A stretch of DNA of 64,000 nucleotides from the NCBI RefSeq assembly GCF_006345805.1, contig NC_042998.1, positions 12,586,001-12,650,000 on the forward strand. The letters are read 5' to 3'. Positions 25,726-38,827 of this stretch are shown piece after piece. The notes below the pieces were generated by a model. It did not search any database and was not told the origin of the DNA. It was given only the letters and a program-made list of their open reading frames with translations. This stretch comes from Octopus sinensis. Taxonomy: Eukaryota. Made by a program: the position numbers and the translations under genes. The stretch's first letter is position 1. Every line of letters starts with the position of its first letter.

Positions 25726-26787
25726 TGTCACGGGGCCCAGCTGGAACTCTTCTGGGAACATTATGCTGCGATATGATTAATTTCAATATATGTTTAATAT
25801 ACTGTTATGAATAGTTCAGGGACAGTACTTCTTGACCTACTTTGCCCGGTTTGTAGTCTGGAAGGCTACGGTGTAAAGTTATAGTCCTTTGTTCTGCCAT
25901 GTTCTGGAAAGAGTAACGACTTAGGAAGTGACATTTTGGCCTCTACGGTCAGGGAAAGTTCAAGAAACCACCCTTTAAAATGCGACGCGCTGTGAGCTTG
26001 TAGTCAGTCGAGGACAGAGCAAGTGAGTAACAGGTTGTTTCTGCTGTGACAGATGAAGGACAGGCAGAGGGGATTAAGGAACTGAGAGAGATTGCGGCGA
26101 GAGGGCTTGGCAATTACAGTAGTAATCGTCTGAAATTGTTGCAGACCGAAAGGAACGTCCGGTAAAGTTTTGTTTGTGTCTTTTGGCTGTTGTTGACGGT
26201 ATGTGTTTAATTATGTTTTGATATGTGAAGAAAAAGAAGGAAAGAGTAAAAAGAAAGAACAGTGCTAAAGGCTGAAATGCTAAAGAAATGAGACTGTAAA
26301 GACATTGTGAATTAAGGAAAAAAGAAAAGAGTTGTTGAAATGTAAAAGAAAGTAGAATAAGACTTTGAAGGACTTTGAACTGTAGCGTGTATTGTTGTTT
26401 TGATTTGTAACGTGAATTATTTGTCTATGAACACTGTATATTGCATCTGCATACTGTTGATTCTGTTGCATGTGTTTTCTTTGATTTATTTGATTTGTTG
26501 TATACCTGTTGTTTTCTTTAAATGTATTTGATGTTGTAATGATTGTCATAAACTAGTGTTAAATGTAGCCAATTGCCTTCCGCCGTATCTCTGTGTCTCT
26601 TCCTACTGTTTGTTGTTGTTGTTGTCATATCTCCGGTCGCCGACTTCGCTGCCATTCCCCCACCGAGTCCTCTCTGTGTGGCGAGTTCTCCGTTCGACTG
26701 AGCCTGGTCAAGCGTCGTCGCTCGACTTGGTAGGGTCCCGGGTTTTTCCCGAAGAGTTTGAGCGACGGCAGGTGGGATTCCGTAACA
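25726..26787. mobile_element. Putative solo LTR
   Basis: TGTCACGG...CCGTAACA termini (TG..CA with an imperfect 8-bp inverted repeat), 1062 bp, non-coding, ends GC-richer than the flanks. No clear TSD. Confidence 0.35.
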
Positions 26788-27712
26788 ACTTTGGGATTCC
26801 CTAACAATACTGTAAGCATATACACAGATGTTCTATTAATTATAATTTCATAGGTATCATATCCATTAAACTTTCTCTATGTAAACACATAGGTTCATTC
26901 ATACACATTCAATTATGAAATTATTTATCTAAACGTGCATAGGCACTGAGGTGTTAATTCGTGCGTATACGAGAAGTTGCACATGCGCAAGAGAGATAGG
27001 CGTGAAGAGGGAAAGAAAACATCAGAGTGAACTAATTTATAAATATTGCATTTCTTCAACCGAAACGCTGAATGATAAATATATCACTTTCATAAATTTG
27101 TTCTTTTCAGCTTCCTTTTGTAAATCAAGTCAACATTTTTTTTCAACCAAATGATTAGGATGTTAAGAGTTTAGACATCAGATCTATATGATATCTAAGG
27201 TAGGTCATATTAATTATCGACGGCGTCGACAATGACTACGAGAATTCCATTGACGATGGTGTTGCTGTGGTTGTTGCTGCTAGTTTAGCCAATGAAGCCA
27301 GTGTTGAATCTCAGGGCATATAATATTATATCTTATCGTACTCAAGAACGTAACTGCTTTTAAAATAACTGCTCTCTGTTTCCAAACTTAATTAATACAT
27401 AGGGAAAAATAATTTCAATCAATTCAAGTTACCTTTGATGTGGAGATAATGAGACGTGCACTAAATTTAAACAAATTTGTTCAAAGCAAACGGGCCACAA
27501 CTCCGGAATTTTAATTAATTAAAAATTAAATTACGCATGCAATAGGGAGATGAAAATATTGAGGATGCATTAATACTGATATAGTTTAATCGGTAAGAAG
27601 CACGTAACAGCTCCAAGTTTGGTACAATTTCAATACGCCTACGCAGCGAAGTTCGAAATTTTTCTGTTTATAACGATCTATCCAATATATGCAAATATGC
27701 AATAATAAATCA

Positions 27713-27766
<54 letters not shown>

Positions 27767-27886
27767 CACACACACACACAACACACACACATATACACAC
27801 ATGTATATATACATGCACACGCACACACACATACACACACACACACATATATATATATATATGCATACATACATACACATATATAT

Positions 27887-27979
<93 letters not shown>

Positions 27980-28931
27980 AGCACACACATATACATACAC
28001 ACAACTCAATCACAAAACACACACATACACAAATACACACACACATAGGTACACAGATTGTTATTATTCAGAGCAATTTTCAACTCACCAACACCACTGA
28101 AATAATATCTAGCTAGAATCTATTATCTCTCTTTCAAATCATCGTTTGACACGGTGATAATAATTTTCAAAGTGATCCTCAGAATGGAAAAACTCACAAT
28201 CCAACTAAATTACCATTTATATTTGGGATTAAAGAATTGTCTACGGGGCCAGTGATGGAGTCTTAACAGGTCACATTTTCTCCTCAAAATAATACACAAT
28301 CGTCTTGAAAGCAAAAGCAAAAGGACATATTGGATGATGTAATTCTTATTACACAATGCACAAATGGACGACATTATATCTTTGACAAAAGCGCATATGT
28401 TTGTAATACAATACAGGCAGTTATATTCTGGAAACAAAGAATAATAACAGCAGCCGTTCAAGAATTTGGACCTGGAGATCTCCATTTCCAGCGACTTCGG
28501 GGGCCACCTCCCAGTGGTGTTGGGCGTCAACGAAGAGCGCTCGACTACAACAAGACGACCAAAGTTTTTTTTCCAAGGTCTGGGGTCTCCCGCCCCTAAG
28601 CCCTATACCATCCCCTAATCAACCTTACCCGTCTTTTTTATTAACAACAAAACAACAACAGCAGCAACAACAATATATACCTAACATTGTTTAGGTGAAA
28701 TGACTCAGGGATCTCGCAATGACAATTTTTCTTACGTTGGAAATTCAGACTTTGCATAATATTGCTAAATTTATAACATCTTCATATCTGCTATATTGTA
28801 ATGGAAAGACAACGGCTAATGCCGCGATCTATAATAGTTGTATTCATATGATGAAATTATATGAAAGAAGGGACGCATCGTGCGTTTTGTGCAAGAAATA
28901 TTCGCAGTAATTTTAGCAATTACCTCTTGAA

Positions 28932-29154
28932 ATATTAACAGTTATCGCCAACCTAACATGACAGTCCAGATAAATAGGACGAATGCTGTCGTTTATAAGC
29001 TCCAAGAGGCCATCGCTAGCTATGTCACACACAAACCTGTGTCCATTATATCCTTCAAGCCGGTTTATAATAGACACAGGTTTGTATGTCACATAGCTAG
29101 CATTTGTCCTGTTTATCTGGACTGCCATGTTAGCTTGGCGATAACTATTAATAT
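28932..29154. repeat. Fold-back palindrome, MITE-like
   Basis: Two arms of about 90-100 nt are reverse complements, with a loop of about 15 nt and one bulge of about 25 nt; TTAA at 28935 and 29148. Confidence 0.85.
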
Positions 29155-29957
29155 CCAGTACCGCTGCTGTAGTCTCCTTTAGAGAGAATTAGAAATAATG
29201 ATATTCCTCTTGAAATAAACTTTATAAACTACTTTCATATTATATTAATTTCCAAGCTGTTTGAATAGCTTCTTCACAAATGTTCTCAGCAATTATATCA
29301 TAATAATAATATAATAATTGAAACATTCTTCTTCTCGTGCTATATATGCACTGAAATATTATCTGCTCTTTGAAGGACTTTAACCACAAACTTTAATCAC
29401 AGATATATGCGATACTTTAACCACAAACGTTTTGTAGTTGCAAACGTTTCTGCTATATTATTTTGAGACAGGATATGTGAATGAAGCCACATAATATGAA
29501 AAATTACTCAATACCTACCAAGACTTAAAGTATTATCGCATGGTCACAATTTTTAAAATTATTTGTTATCTTACTATGCATTGCTGAAACAGAGGAATGT
29601 TTTCCATGAATTAAATCTCACAAGAGCTACCTCTAAGTGGTAAAGCAACGTAACTAAATCTTCAAAACAGTGAAGCGTGGCTTTGAAAATGCACCGAAAA
29701 ATCCCTTTTTCGTTGTCTGATATGAACGAAATAACAGCCAAAAATCCTGAAATCATAAACAAAAAATGTCTGTAAACAGATTAAGACTAGCTGGATTTCA
29801 TATGATTTTTGAAAAAAGAATAGTCATGACAGGAAAATATTTCAATTTAAAGATACTTCATCGCAGTTAAACAGAGAGGAATTAAAAGTAGCAGCAGCAA
29901 CAATAACAACGATCGTTAATTGCAAGCTTATTAGTTTTTTTAATTACTTTTTATATA

Positions 29958-30182
29958 CTCTTTCTCTCTCTTTTACTTGTTTCAGTATTTCACTGCGGCC
30001 ATACTGGAGCACCACCTTTAGTCGAGAAAATCGATCCCGGGACTTATACTTCTGTAAGCCCAGTACTTATTCTATCGGTCTCTTTTGCCGAACCGCTAGT
30101 TGATGCGGACATAAACTCACCAGCATCGGTTGTCAAGCAATGCTAGGGGGACAAACACAGACACACAAACATATACACACAC

Positions 30183-30236
<54 letters not shown>

Positions 30237-30640
30237 CGACAGGCTTCTTTCAGTTTCCGTCTACCAAATCCACTCACAAGGCATTGGTCGACCCGGGGCT
30301 ATAGTAGAAGACACTTGCCCAAGATGCCACGCAGTGGGACTGAACCCGGAACCATGTGGTTGGTAAGCAAATTACTTACCACACAGCCACTCATTCATTT
30401 AACTGCTCCTATGCTGGAGCACTGTCTTTAGTCGAGCAGATCGACCACAAGATTTATTCTTTGCAAGCTTAGTACTTATTCTATCGGTTTCTTTTTACCC
30501 AACATCGGTTGTCAGGTGATGGTGGGGGACAACACACACACACAGCTATCATGGGCTTCTTTCAGTTTCCGCCTACCAAATCCACTCACAACCGTTTGGC
30601 CCAGAACCATGTGGTTGAGAAGCAAGTTTCTTTTCACACC
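29958..30640 (-). mobile_element. Full family-A SINE (29958-30392) plus an adjacent rearranged partial copy
   Basis: Homologous to 1730-2226. Confidence 0.8.
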
Positions 30641-30815
30641 GCCACGCACTATTTTAACTCTATTGGTGATAGTCAACTTCAGCTTATTAGGGTTATTGTG
30701 ACAAGACGATATAAGGTAAAGAGAAACATATTTGGTTATATGTTCACTATATATATGTGTGTGTGTGTGTATGTGTGTTTGTCTTTGAGAGAGAGAGTGT
30801 CTGAGAGTATGTATC

Positions 30816-30849
<34 letters not shown>

Positions 30850-30855
<6 letters not shown>

Positions 30856-31086
30856 ACGACCTGGAACCCACAAGTGTGAACAAGAGAGACAGAGCAAGGC
30901 AGAAACAGGAAAATGCCACTTATATTTGAACACTATACAAATATTCCTTTAAAAAACATTTCTTTTAATTTTTCTAAATTTAATTATTTAATCGTTACAG
31001 TTGAAAAGGTCTCAAAATGACTGAAACCGGTACTGAAATGTCCTTTATAAAATTATTTTAGTATTTTCTATTTTGACTTATTTTTT

Positions 31087-31090
<4 letters not shown>
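30850..31090 (+). mobile_element. Solo PLE pseudo-LTR, inverted relative to 31165-31400
   Basis: Diverged reverse complement of 31165-31400; (TA)n on both sides. Confidence 0.8.
30993..31040 (+). ncRNA. Minimal type I hammerhead-like motif, U3:A8 core variant
   Basis: CGTTACAG-TTGAAAA-GGTC/GACT-GAAA-CCGGT-A-CTGAAATG; palindromic stem III ACCGGT. Confidence 0.7.
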
Positions 31091-31135
<45 letters not shown>

Positions 31136-31217
31136 AAGGGTGAAAAGGAACACACGAGTTGATATATATGAAAAAACAAGTCAAAAATAGAAAATGCTAA
31201 AATAATTTTATAGTGAA

Positions 31218-31264
31218 CATTTCAGTACCGGTTTCGGTCATTTTGGACCTTTTCAACTGTAACG
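31218..31264 (-). ncRNA. Minimal type I hammerhead-like motif, U3:A8 core variant
   Basis: Reverse strand CGTTACAG-TTGAAAA-GGTC CAAAAT GACC-GAAA-CCGGT-A-CTGAAATG, with a perfect stem II. Confidence 0.75.
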
Positions 31265-31614
31265 ATTAAATAATTAAATTTAGAAAAATTAGAAGAAAAG
31301 TTTTTTTAAAAGAATATTTCTATAGTAGTGTTCAGATTTAAGTGGCATTCTGCCTTTCTCTGACTCCCTTGTTTGCACTTGTGTGTTGGAGGTCGTTGTG
31401 AGTTCTTGGTAGGGTAGTAGAGGAAGAAGGCTGGTGAGGGAAGGGGGGTGGGAGAATCTGGGAGTGCCCTGATGGTCGTATTTTGAATGGTCAGTGGCGG
31501 CTGGCAGTCTCAGTTCAATTCAGGGGAATATTTATTTTGACAGGCTTGTTTATAGAATTAGCGTAGGTGTTATACTAAAAACATTAGTGACAAAGTTAAG
31601 GGGTAGGGGGTGGA

Positions 31615-31850
31615 GAAGTAGAAGAAGAAGAAGAAGAAGAAGAAGGAGAAGGAGAAGATGACGATGATGGTGATGGTGGTGATGATTATGACGACGATGA
31701 TGATGATAATGATGATGATGAAGAAGAAGAAGAAGAAGGAGGAGAAGGAGAAGATGGTGGTGATGATGGTGGTGATGATGATGACGACGATGATGATGAT
31801 AATGATGATGATGAAGAAGAAGAGGAAGAAGAAAAAGAAGAAAAAACAGA
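31615..31850. repeat. (GAA)n/(GAT)n low-complexity tract inside the PLE 3' region
   Basis: Directly visible. Confidence 0.9.
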
Positions 31851-31971
31851 GAAGGGAGAATATGAATGGGTGTAAGTATAGCTATGATGGGGCTGATTAG
31901 TAATGGATTCTATGGAGTGTAATATTTGTGTGTGTATATATATATTTCTTTTATTCTAAAGTTGAGGTATA

Positions 31972-33840
31972 TTAATTGTTTGTCGTAGACCCGTTAAGAA
32001 GTGGCTTGTATTTTGTAATAAAGAGATTTTCTTTACTTATTCGTTGTCTCGAGGTTGTATCGTCCCTAAATTGGTAGAGGGGGAAAATTCTGAAGTTTGG
32101 TGTTTTTTTGTTGGCGCAAGTATCTATGTGTTGGCTAAAAGCTATTTTTTGTTTTGGGGAATTTTTATCTGGGATCTGTGCAGGGCCATTCGTTTACGCA
32201 AACCATTTTTTGTTTGGCCTATGTACTGCTCTTGACACCCGGAGCAGGTTAGTGAGTATATTAGGTTCTCCGAAGCACATGTGAAGTTGCTTTTCACTGT
32301 AAACCGTTGTCCCTGTTTGAAGGAGAACTCTGATCCCTCAATTAGATAGTGGCATATCCCGCAATTGGGTCTTCCACATTTTTTTAATGTCGGCTTCTGT
32401 GTTGAAGAGTGAATTCGGGCTTGTGTAAGGAGACTTTTCATGGATCTAGGCTGTCTTTTGCTTTTTATGATCGTGTGTGTTTGGAGGATTGTGTTCATTC
32501 TGTGGTCTTTTTTTAGGAGGGGTATGTTGTGGAGGATGGTGTCGAAGGCTTCGTTATTGAGAGGGTTGTGTGTGGAGATGTATGGTAAGGCTTTTGGTTG
32601 TAAGTTTTTCTTTCTTTTTTTTTTTTTTTTTGATTTGGGATGTCTCAGTTCCTTGATGTTAAGTTGAAGGGCACGTTGAATGCACTTGTCAATAAGTGAA
32701 GGTGGATAGTTCCTGGTGATTAGGGTATCTTTTAGTTCTTGTAGTCGTGTGTCTCTGGTGTTTGCGTTAGAGACTATAGTGCATATCCGTTTTGCTAGAT
32801 TGAAGGGGATATTCATCCTGGTGTGTCTGGGGTGGCATGAATTGAATGGAAGATATTGCTTAGAGTCTGTAGGCTTATAGTATATGTCTGTTTCTATTAT
32901 ATTATTAGCTTTCTTAATGAGGATATCGAGGAAGGGGAGTTGTTGTTGGCTATATTCCATCGTGAATTGGATGTTTACGTCCAGTACGTTTAAAATTTTC
33001 TGGAATTCTATGAGTTTTTCTATATTTTTATGCCAAAGGATGAAACAGTCATCTAGATATCTCTTCCAGTTGTTTTCTATGTAGATGGAGAAAGGGCTGC
33101 CATATCTTTCTAGAACCTTACGATACAGACTGATCTCTAGGTATCCTATGACTAGGTTGGCAAAGGAGGGGGCCATTCGTGTACCCATCGCAGTCCCCGA
33201 TTTTTGTCGGTAGAAGTTGTCATTGAAGGCGAAGAAGTTATTTTCCAGGATGAATTAACCCCTTCTATCACAAATTCTTTGTTGATGCGGTGTGGTAGTT
33301 CGTTGGCGTGATTCTCTAGCCAGAATTGGATTGCCTCTAGTCCTAGGTTGTGGGGGATATTGGAGTAGAGGTTGACTACATCGAAGGATACCAGTATGGT
33401 GTTTTTGTTTATAGTATTCGGTAGGTGATTGAGCATATCTAAGTCGTCCCTTATATAGCTTTTGACATGTTTGGGGAGTGGTTTTAACAGGGTGTCTAAA
33501 AAGTTACTGAGGCGGTGGGTTTCGCATGCGGGACCTGCTATTATGGGTCTCAATTTGAGGTCATTAGGATTAGGGACTTTAATTATTTTGTCTGTAGCTA
33601 TCTTGCATGCGTTGCTTATTTTTTCACTTTTGTGGATCTTAGGTATACCGTAGAATTGGCTAGTTTTACTTGTGAAATTGGTCATATAATCATATTCTTT
33701 GTCGGTGAGCCCTGCTTTTTATGGGTTTAATATGGATTTTAGTTCCCTCATTATTTTTTGTTGACTGTAGTTTTGTGCCTTTTCATAGTATGTTGTGTCT
33801 TCCAGCATAGAAAGTACCAAAGTTATGTAAAATGTCGTAT
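31972..33840 (-). pseudogene. PLE reverse transcriptase-GIY-YIG ORF with about 3 frameshifts
   Basis: FYGIPKIHK, LRPII, LVSFDVVNLYSNIP, GTAMGTRMAPSFANL, RYLDDCF, LPFLDILI, NLIYSLTCSGCQEQYIGQT; frameshifts near 33722, 33258 and 32145. Confidence 0.9.
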
Positions 33841-35937
33841 CCATTAATTTAGTTTTGGACAAAGAAACATAAAGGAACGCAGTGTAAATAACGGACGGAG
33901 TTAAGTCTATTGAAAAGGTTGCAAGACGCAACGAACATTTTAGGAAAATAAAAATAAGAAATACGTGAAAATTTTACCGTTGAGTGTGTTAAATTATAAG
34001 GCACAAAAAGAAAATGACTCTCCAGACACAACAGCATATATAACATAAAAAATATCTGAGCAAACTATGGGGTATTTAGTCGTTAGTGTAAATAAGTTGA
34101 AAAATTTTGCCACTGAGTTTCTTGTGAGTGTGATCGTGATCCTTTGCCCATGTCTTCTATGTGTGAATGGGAAATTCACGAATGATTGCTGTATTTGTTT
34201 GCAGCATTTAGTTCGAGCGCACGTCTCCAAATGTATGACGTTCTCGTGATTCGTTTCACGTAAATAAAAAGTGTTGTAGTTCACTTGCCAGTTAATGGAG
34301 TTATAATAATCAGACTTTTCCCCGGTTAATTTGGCTTCTATTTTATAAGTAATGCTAACACTTCATGGAATACTTAGTTGTCTTTTCTTTTTTTTTTTTT
34401 TTTACATATTTCACGGTGATTTCATCACGTTATCTATAAATCCCATTTACATTATAAACTCCATTTTGATGCAGAAAAGTGCACCAGTTTACATTTACAT
34501 GTATTTCGTGTATTTTTCAGTTTGTAAGTACGTAAATGTTTTATAGAAACAGAAGCACAGAAAACAAACAAACAAATATTAGCCAGTTAAGAGAGAGCAT
34601 AATCATAACATATTTAAGAGAAAAATTGTTATTTCCACAAAAATTGATAAACGAATATAAAGAAAAGAGATAAACGCAATCTAAATAAACCAGTGCAAGC
34701 AAACAAGCATGATTATCCTGTAAACATTGTATTGTCTCAGCTTCTTCAATATAAAAAATAAAATCATATAAAACGTTGCTGCCTAATCTACTAAGAGGAA
34801 ATTTAGTTTCTCTGCTTACTTAGATGTAGCCTAATTGTATTTTCGTGATCTAGGTCAGCCACAGTAGAAAAATCTATTCTTTGCATCTCCCTTGTTTTTG
34901 TTGGTTATGTGTTCAGCTTTTTTTTATGTCTGAAAAATCTCTCCATCGTTCTATTTTTATTTTTTAACTATGTCTCAAGATATATATTTTCTGTTTGTTT
35001 TTCCCCTTTATTCGTGCTATCGATAAATCAAATGTTTATCTACCACATACTATGCTTGTTTATCTGCTTTCATTTAACGTTATATAGAAGAAAGGTCAAA
35101 AACATATCTGATGGAGTAGAAAACATAACGTTTGTCCCACATACTCAAGTGTGAAACACTGTAAGCAAGATGTAGAGCTATAAAACACGAGAGGGAAATG
35201 AAAAACAAATGGAACAGGATATAATGAAAAGTGTTTCGGTCGTATTACTAAATATAGCGTATATCATGTATTTAAAAAAAAAAAATTCTATAAAATAAAA
35301 TACAGATGCATTTTCAAAAATGTATACGTGCACTTAGGGAACCTATTTAATAATAGCCGAATACATATACACATATACAAATAAAGTTTATGCAAAAACG
35401 CACAGATACAAATACGTAGACATTCAAAGACACATTATAAAATAACAAAACAAAGGCATTTTTCAAAGATTCAATACTTGCACTAGGTGAACCAACTGAA
35501 TTAACAAATCGCCGAACGTATTTACACATATAAGAAAAGAGTTCACATATATATCATAAACACACACGATTGCACATCAATACTATTTTATATATTCATG
35601 TCCTTTGAAAATTTTCATTTACCGAGTTCTATCAATTGACGTACTTAATTACTATTTAGTTTTTCTTTTAAGAGTAGAATTAATAAATTATTTTAAAATA
35701 TGAGCTATTATGGACAATTTTGAATAATATTGACGTTTAGTGCGTTGCATTTCTGTAAAGGACATTTTATTCCCCAGCAACTGCATAGACAACATAAGGT
35801 TAACCGAAAGATTGTAAAGCTTGTTAAACTATATAGTATGTATTATCAATTTTTACCATCATCCAGAGATTCCTTTTTTAATATTCAAACATTTGATCGG
35901 TACCAGTTATTCATGCAGAATAACATTTACTTATATA

Positions 35938-36479
35938 TTGGGTTGCCCGAAAAGTTCATGCCAATTTAGTTTCCGACTTATTTTAGAACATGGTTAAGTT
36001 CATGAAATAGAATTTGACTACACCTCTATTTAGAGCACAGTTTAAGCTATCTTTTAAGAAGGTTTATGTTCCTATAACATGTGTTAATTCTGTAACCCTT
36101 TAAAATGGAAGATAAGAAAGTTCATATTTGGTACTTGATGAAACCAGACAAAAATTGTTGCAGCTCGGCTGGGGTGTGTTACCACACCCTCCATATTCAC
36201 CAGATATTGCTCCTTCGGTTTCCACTTATTCAGGTCTCTGCAGAATAGTCTTAGTAGTAAAAATTCCAATTCTTTGGATGACGTAAAAAGATACCTTGAT
36301 GAATTCTTTGCCATGAAACCACCTCTTCTGGGAAGAGGGTATTTTCAAGTTAAAGGAAAGATGGAGACGCATTGTGCAACAAAATGGTTCATCTTTGGTT
36401 GATAAAAAATGTAATAGCAAGTATTTATTGACCTTTTTCGTTCCTTTAAAAATCGGCACGAACTTTCCGGACAACCCAA
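35938..36479 (+). mobile_element. Internally deleted mariner with both TIRs
   Basis: TIRs TTGGGTTGCCCGAAAAGTTCATGCCAATTT / AAATCGGCACGAACTTTCCGGACAACCCAA; TA on the left, CA on the right; MEDKKVHIWYLM joined to LGWGVLPHPPYSPDIAPS...RWRRIVQQNG. Confidence 0.85.
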
Positions 36480-36552
36480 CACATGCATACATACCTATCT
36501 ACACACATAGATACTTACATACATACAGACCATAGCCAATAGTAATATGAAC

Positions 36553-38377
36553 GAGCACTGGTGGAACATTAATAAAATATAAACATAATATACCAGACAT
36601 TGTGACTTGAGACAGAGAGGAGAAACTGTGCCAAGTAGTTGAAATCAGCTGTGAAGTGAATGTCATAATAAAGCTAAAGATCAGTGAAAAAGAAGACCCC
36701 TACGCTGACCAATTCAGAAATACTCTACCCAAATTCAAGTTCAGGTTTATACCTATAACTATTGGGGCACTAGGATATGTAACACACTGCCTAAGCACCA
36801 ACCTTAAGGAATTAACCTTCACAAAATCTGAAAGGGGAAAGATAATTCGAAGACTATAGATTCAAGCCATCAGTGGAACTGCAAAATTTGTAAAGCTTTC
36901 CAGAAATTTACTATTTGAGTATATATACGAATAACTAGACATGAAACTATGTGTATGAGAATACATACATAAAATAAATCATGCAAATCTACTTGTGCAC
37001 GAACTCCAAATATTGCACAGTACAACGTACACCTGCGAATACGCTGTTGATGTTGTTGAAATTTCAATGAGACTTGGATCTAGGTTAGAAACCGGGTCTT
37101 ACAATTTGGGCAAGAAATTTTGAAATGAAACTGAATAATAATATACGGTGTGGTGTAGCGTCAATTTATGATATTCTACTTTGAAGTCTACATCCATGCA
37201 ATACTTGAGCAAGAGTTTCTCACCAAGTGTCTACAGCATAGAAGGCAGAAAACGTTGACAAACAAGTGTAGGGTTGGCAAGATCAAGACTGAAGTCATAA
37301 ACCACATTATTCCCAGCTATGAAAAAAAGGTCTTCCAGATGTTATCTTCCCAAGAGGTGTAATGTGGTGGCTAAAACGGTCTGGAACAGGATAACAAGAA
37401 AGGAAATACCCACAAACAAAGCTGACCATATTGAAACCGATGGGTCAAAGCAATATTGGTGAACTTAAAAATTAAAACAGGCACCAATTTAATGCACAGC
37501 CGTGTGGGACTACAAAAACATTTGTTCAGTTGGCCTCTGGACATGAATATGGTTAGAAATATACAAGAGAAAGAGGATAACTATGAACCTAAGGTACCCA
37601 TTCAGTATCATAACTACGATAATTGGAGCAACAGGAAACGATCCAGCTGTCTCGAGCAAAATATGACTGAAGTTGGGATCATGGGGAGAGAATGTATATC
37701 CTTAATTCATATGCTAGAAATGATCACCATATCCGAGACTAAAAAATGTCTGCAAGACCCTCTTAAGTTTTAAAGGACGCTAGTTAAAAATGTTAGTTTC
37801 CTTTACAACCTTACCGCGAAGTAGGTGTCCAGTCCAAAGTTACGCTAGAAGTAAAAGGAGAACGTTACATACATACATACATCGACCGGCAAATTCGAAC
37901 ATTACAAGTGCAATCTGTGAGTGGAACAACAAAAATATGCAAGACTTTTCTCAATTTCAAATTGTGAATTTGTCTGTGTTAACTACATCCAAAAGATGGA
38001 GCCTTGTCTTTTTGTTAGAGCCTGGCACCCTCCTCACTGGAAGATTTATAATAATTAAAAATGGAAGATACATACATACATGCATGCATACATACACACA
38101 TACATAAATACATACATACATAAATACATGTATACATATATACATACATAAAACATGAAAGGAGAAAAGTAATTCAAAGACTACAGATTCAATCCATCAC
38201 TGGAACTGTAAAAAATCTGTAAAAATTTGCAGATGTTTATCATTTAAATTTATATAGGCATGTCTATAAATGCAACTATTTTCATGAGAATGCATACATG
38301 TAACAAAATATACACGTCTGCACATATGCATACATGCATGCATACACACATGCATGCATACATACATACATAAATAC

Positions 38378-38408
<31 letters not shown>

Positions 38409-38815
38409 CATACATACATACATACATACATACATAGAAGCAAACATCCTGTTGATGTTTAAATTCCATTAAAGGAGGATTGTGTCTAAATTAGAAACCG
38501 GCTCTTTTTCTTTTGGCAAGAAATCTTGAATTAAACCTAAGCAATGACATACATACATAAATAATTACATATAAATATAGTCTATGCAAGACCAAACCCG
38601 AAGGCATCAACTACATTATTGCCAACTGCGAGAGATTGTCTTCCGGATATTATCTTCCCATGACGCATGATGCGCTCGGCAGAACAATTTGGAACAGGAT
38701 ATCAAAACAAGTAAATACCTACAGACGAAGTTGACTACATCAAAACCGAAAGATATTGGTAGGACCTAAAAATTAAAACAGCCACCAAGTTAAAACACAT
38801 CCGACCATCCAGACG
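36553..38815 (+). mobile_element. Nest of four same-orientation RLE-type (R4/Dong-like) fragments: 36553-37140, 37190-37570, 38152-38548, 38580-38815
   Basis: PDIVT*DREEKLCQVVEISC...FRFIPITIGALGYV (restriction-like endonuclease); KCRVGK...EVINHIIPSY and EGINYIIANCERLSSGYYLP (CCHC region); shared 3' UTR; CATA repeats at junctions. Confidence 0.75.
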
Positions 38816-38827
38816 TGTAAGATAGAT

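Larger units (their letters stand above)
31165..33845 (-). mobile_element. 5'-truncated Penelope-like element, Neptune-like
   Basis: RT plus C-terminal GIY-YIG with a Cys-rich linker; 3' region carries a hammerhead and ends at (TA)n. Clade assignment is inferred from the CGRPNCGIC linker. Confidence 0.85.

Noticed and set aside
28214-28427. Candidate minus-strand exon (pyrimidine tract plus AG, GTAATT donor, one open frame)
   Set aside because: The peptide is unrecognisable and no partner exons were found; it cannot be supported without RNA data.
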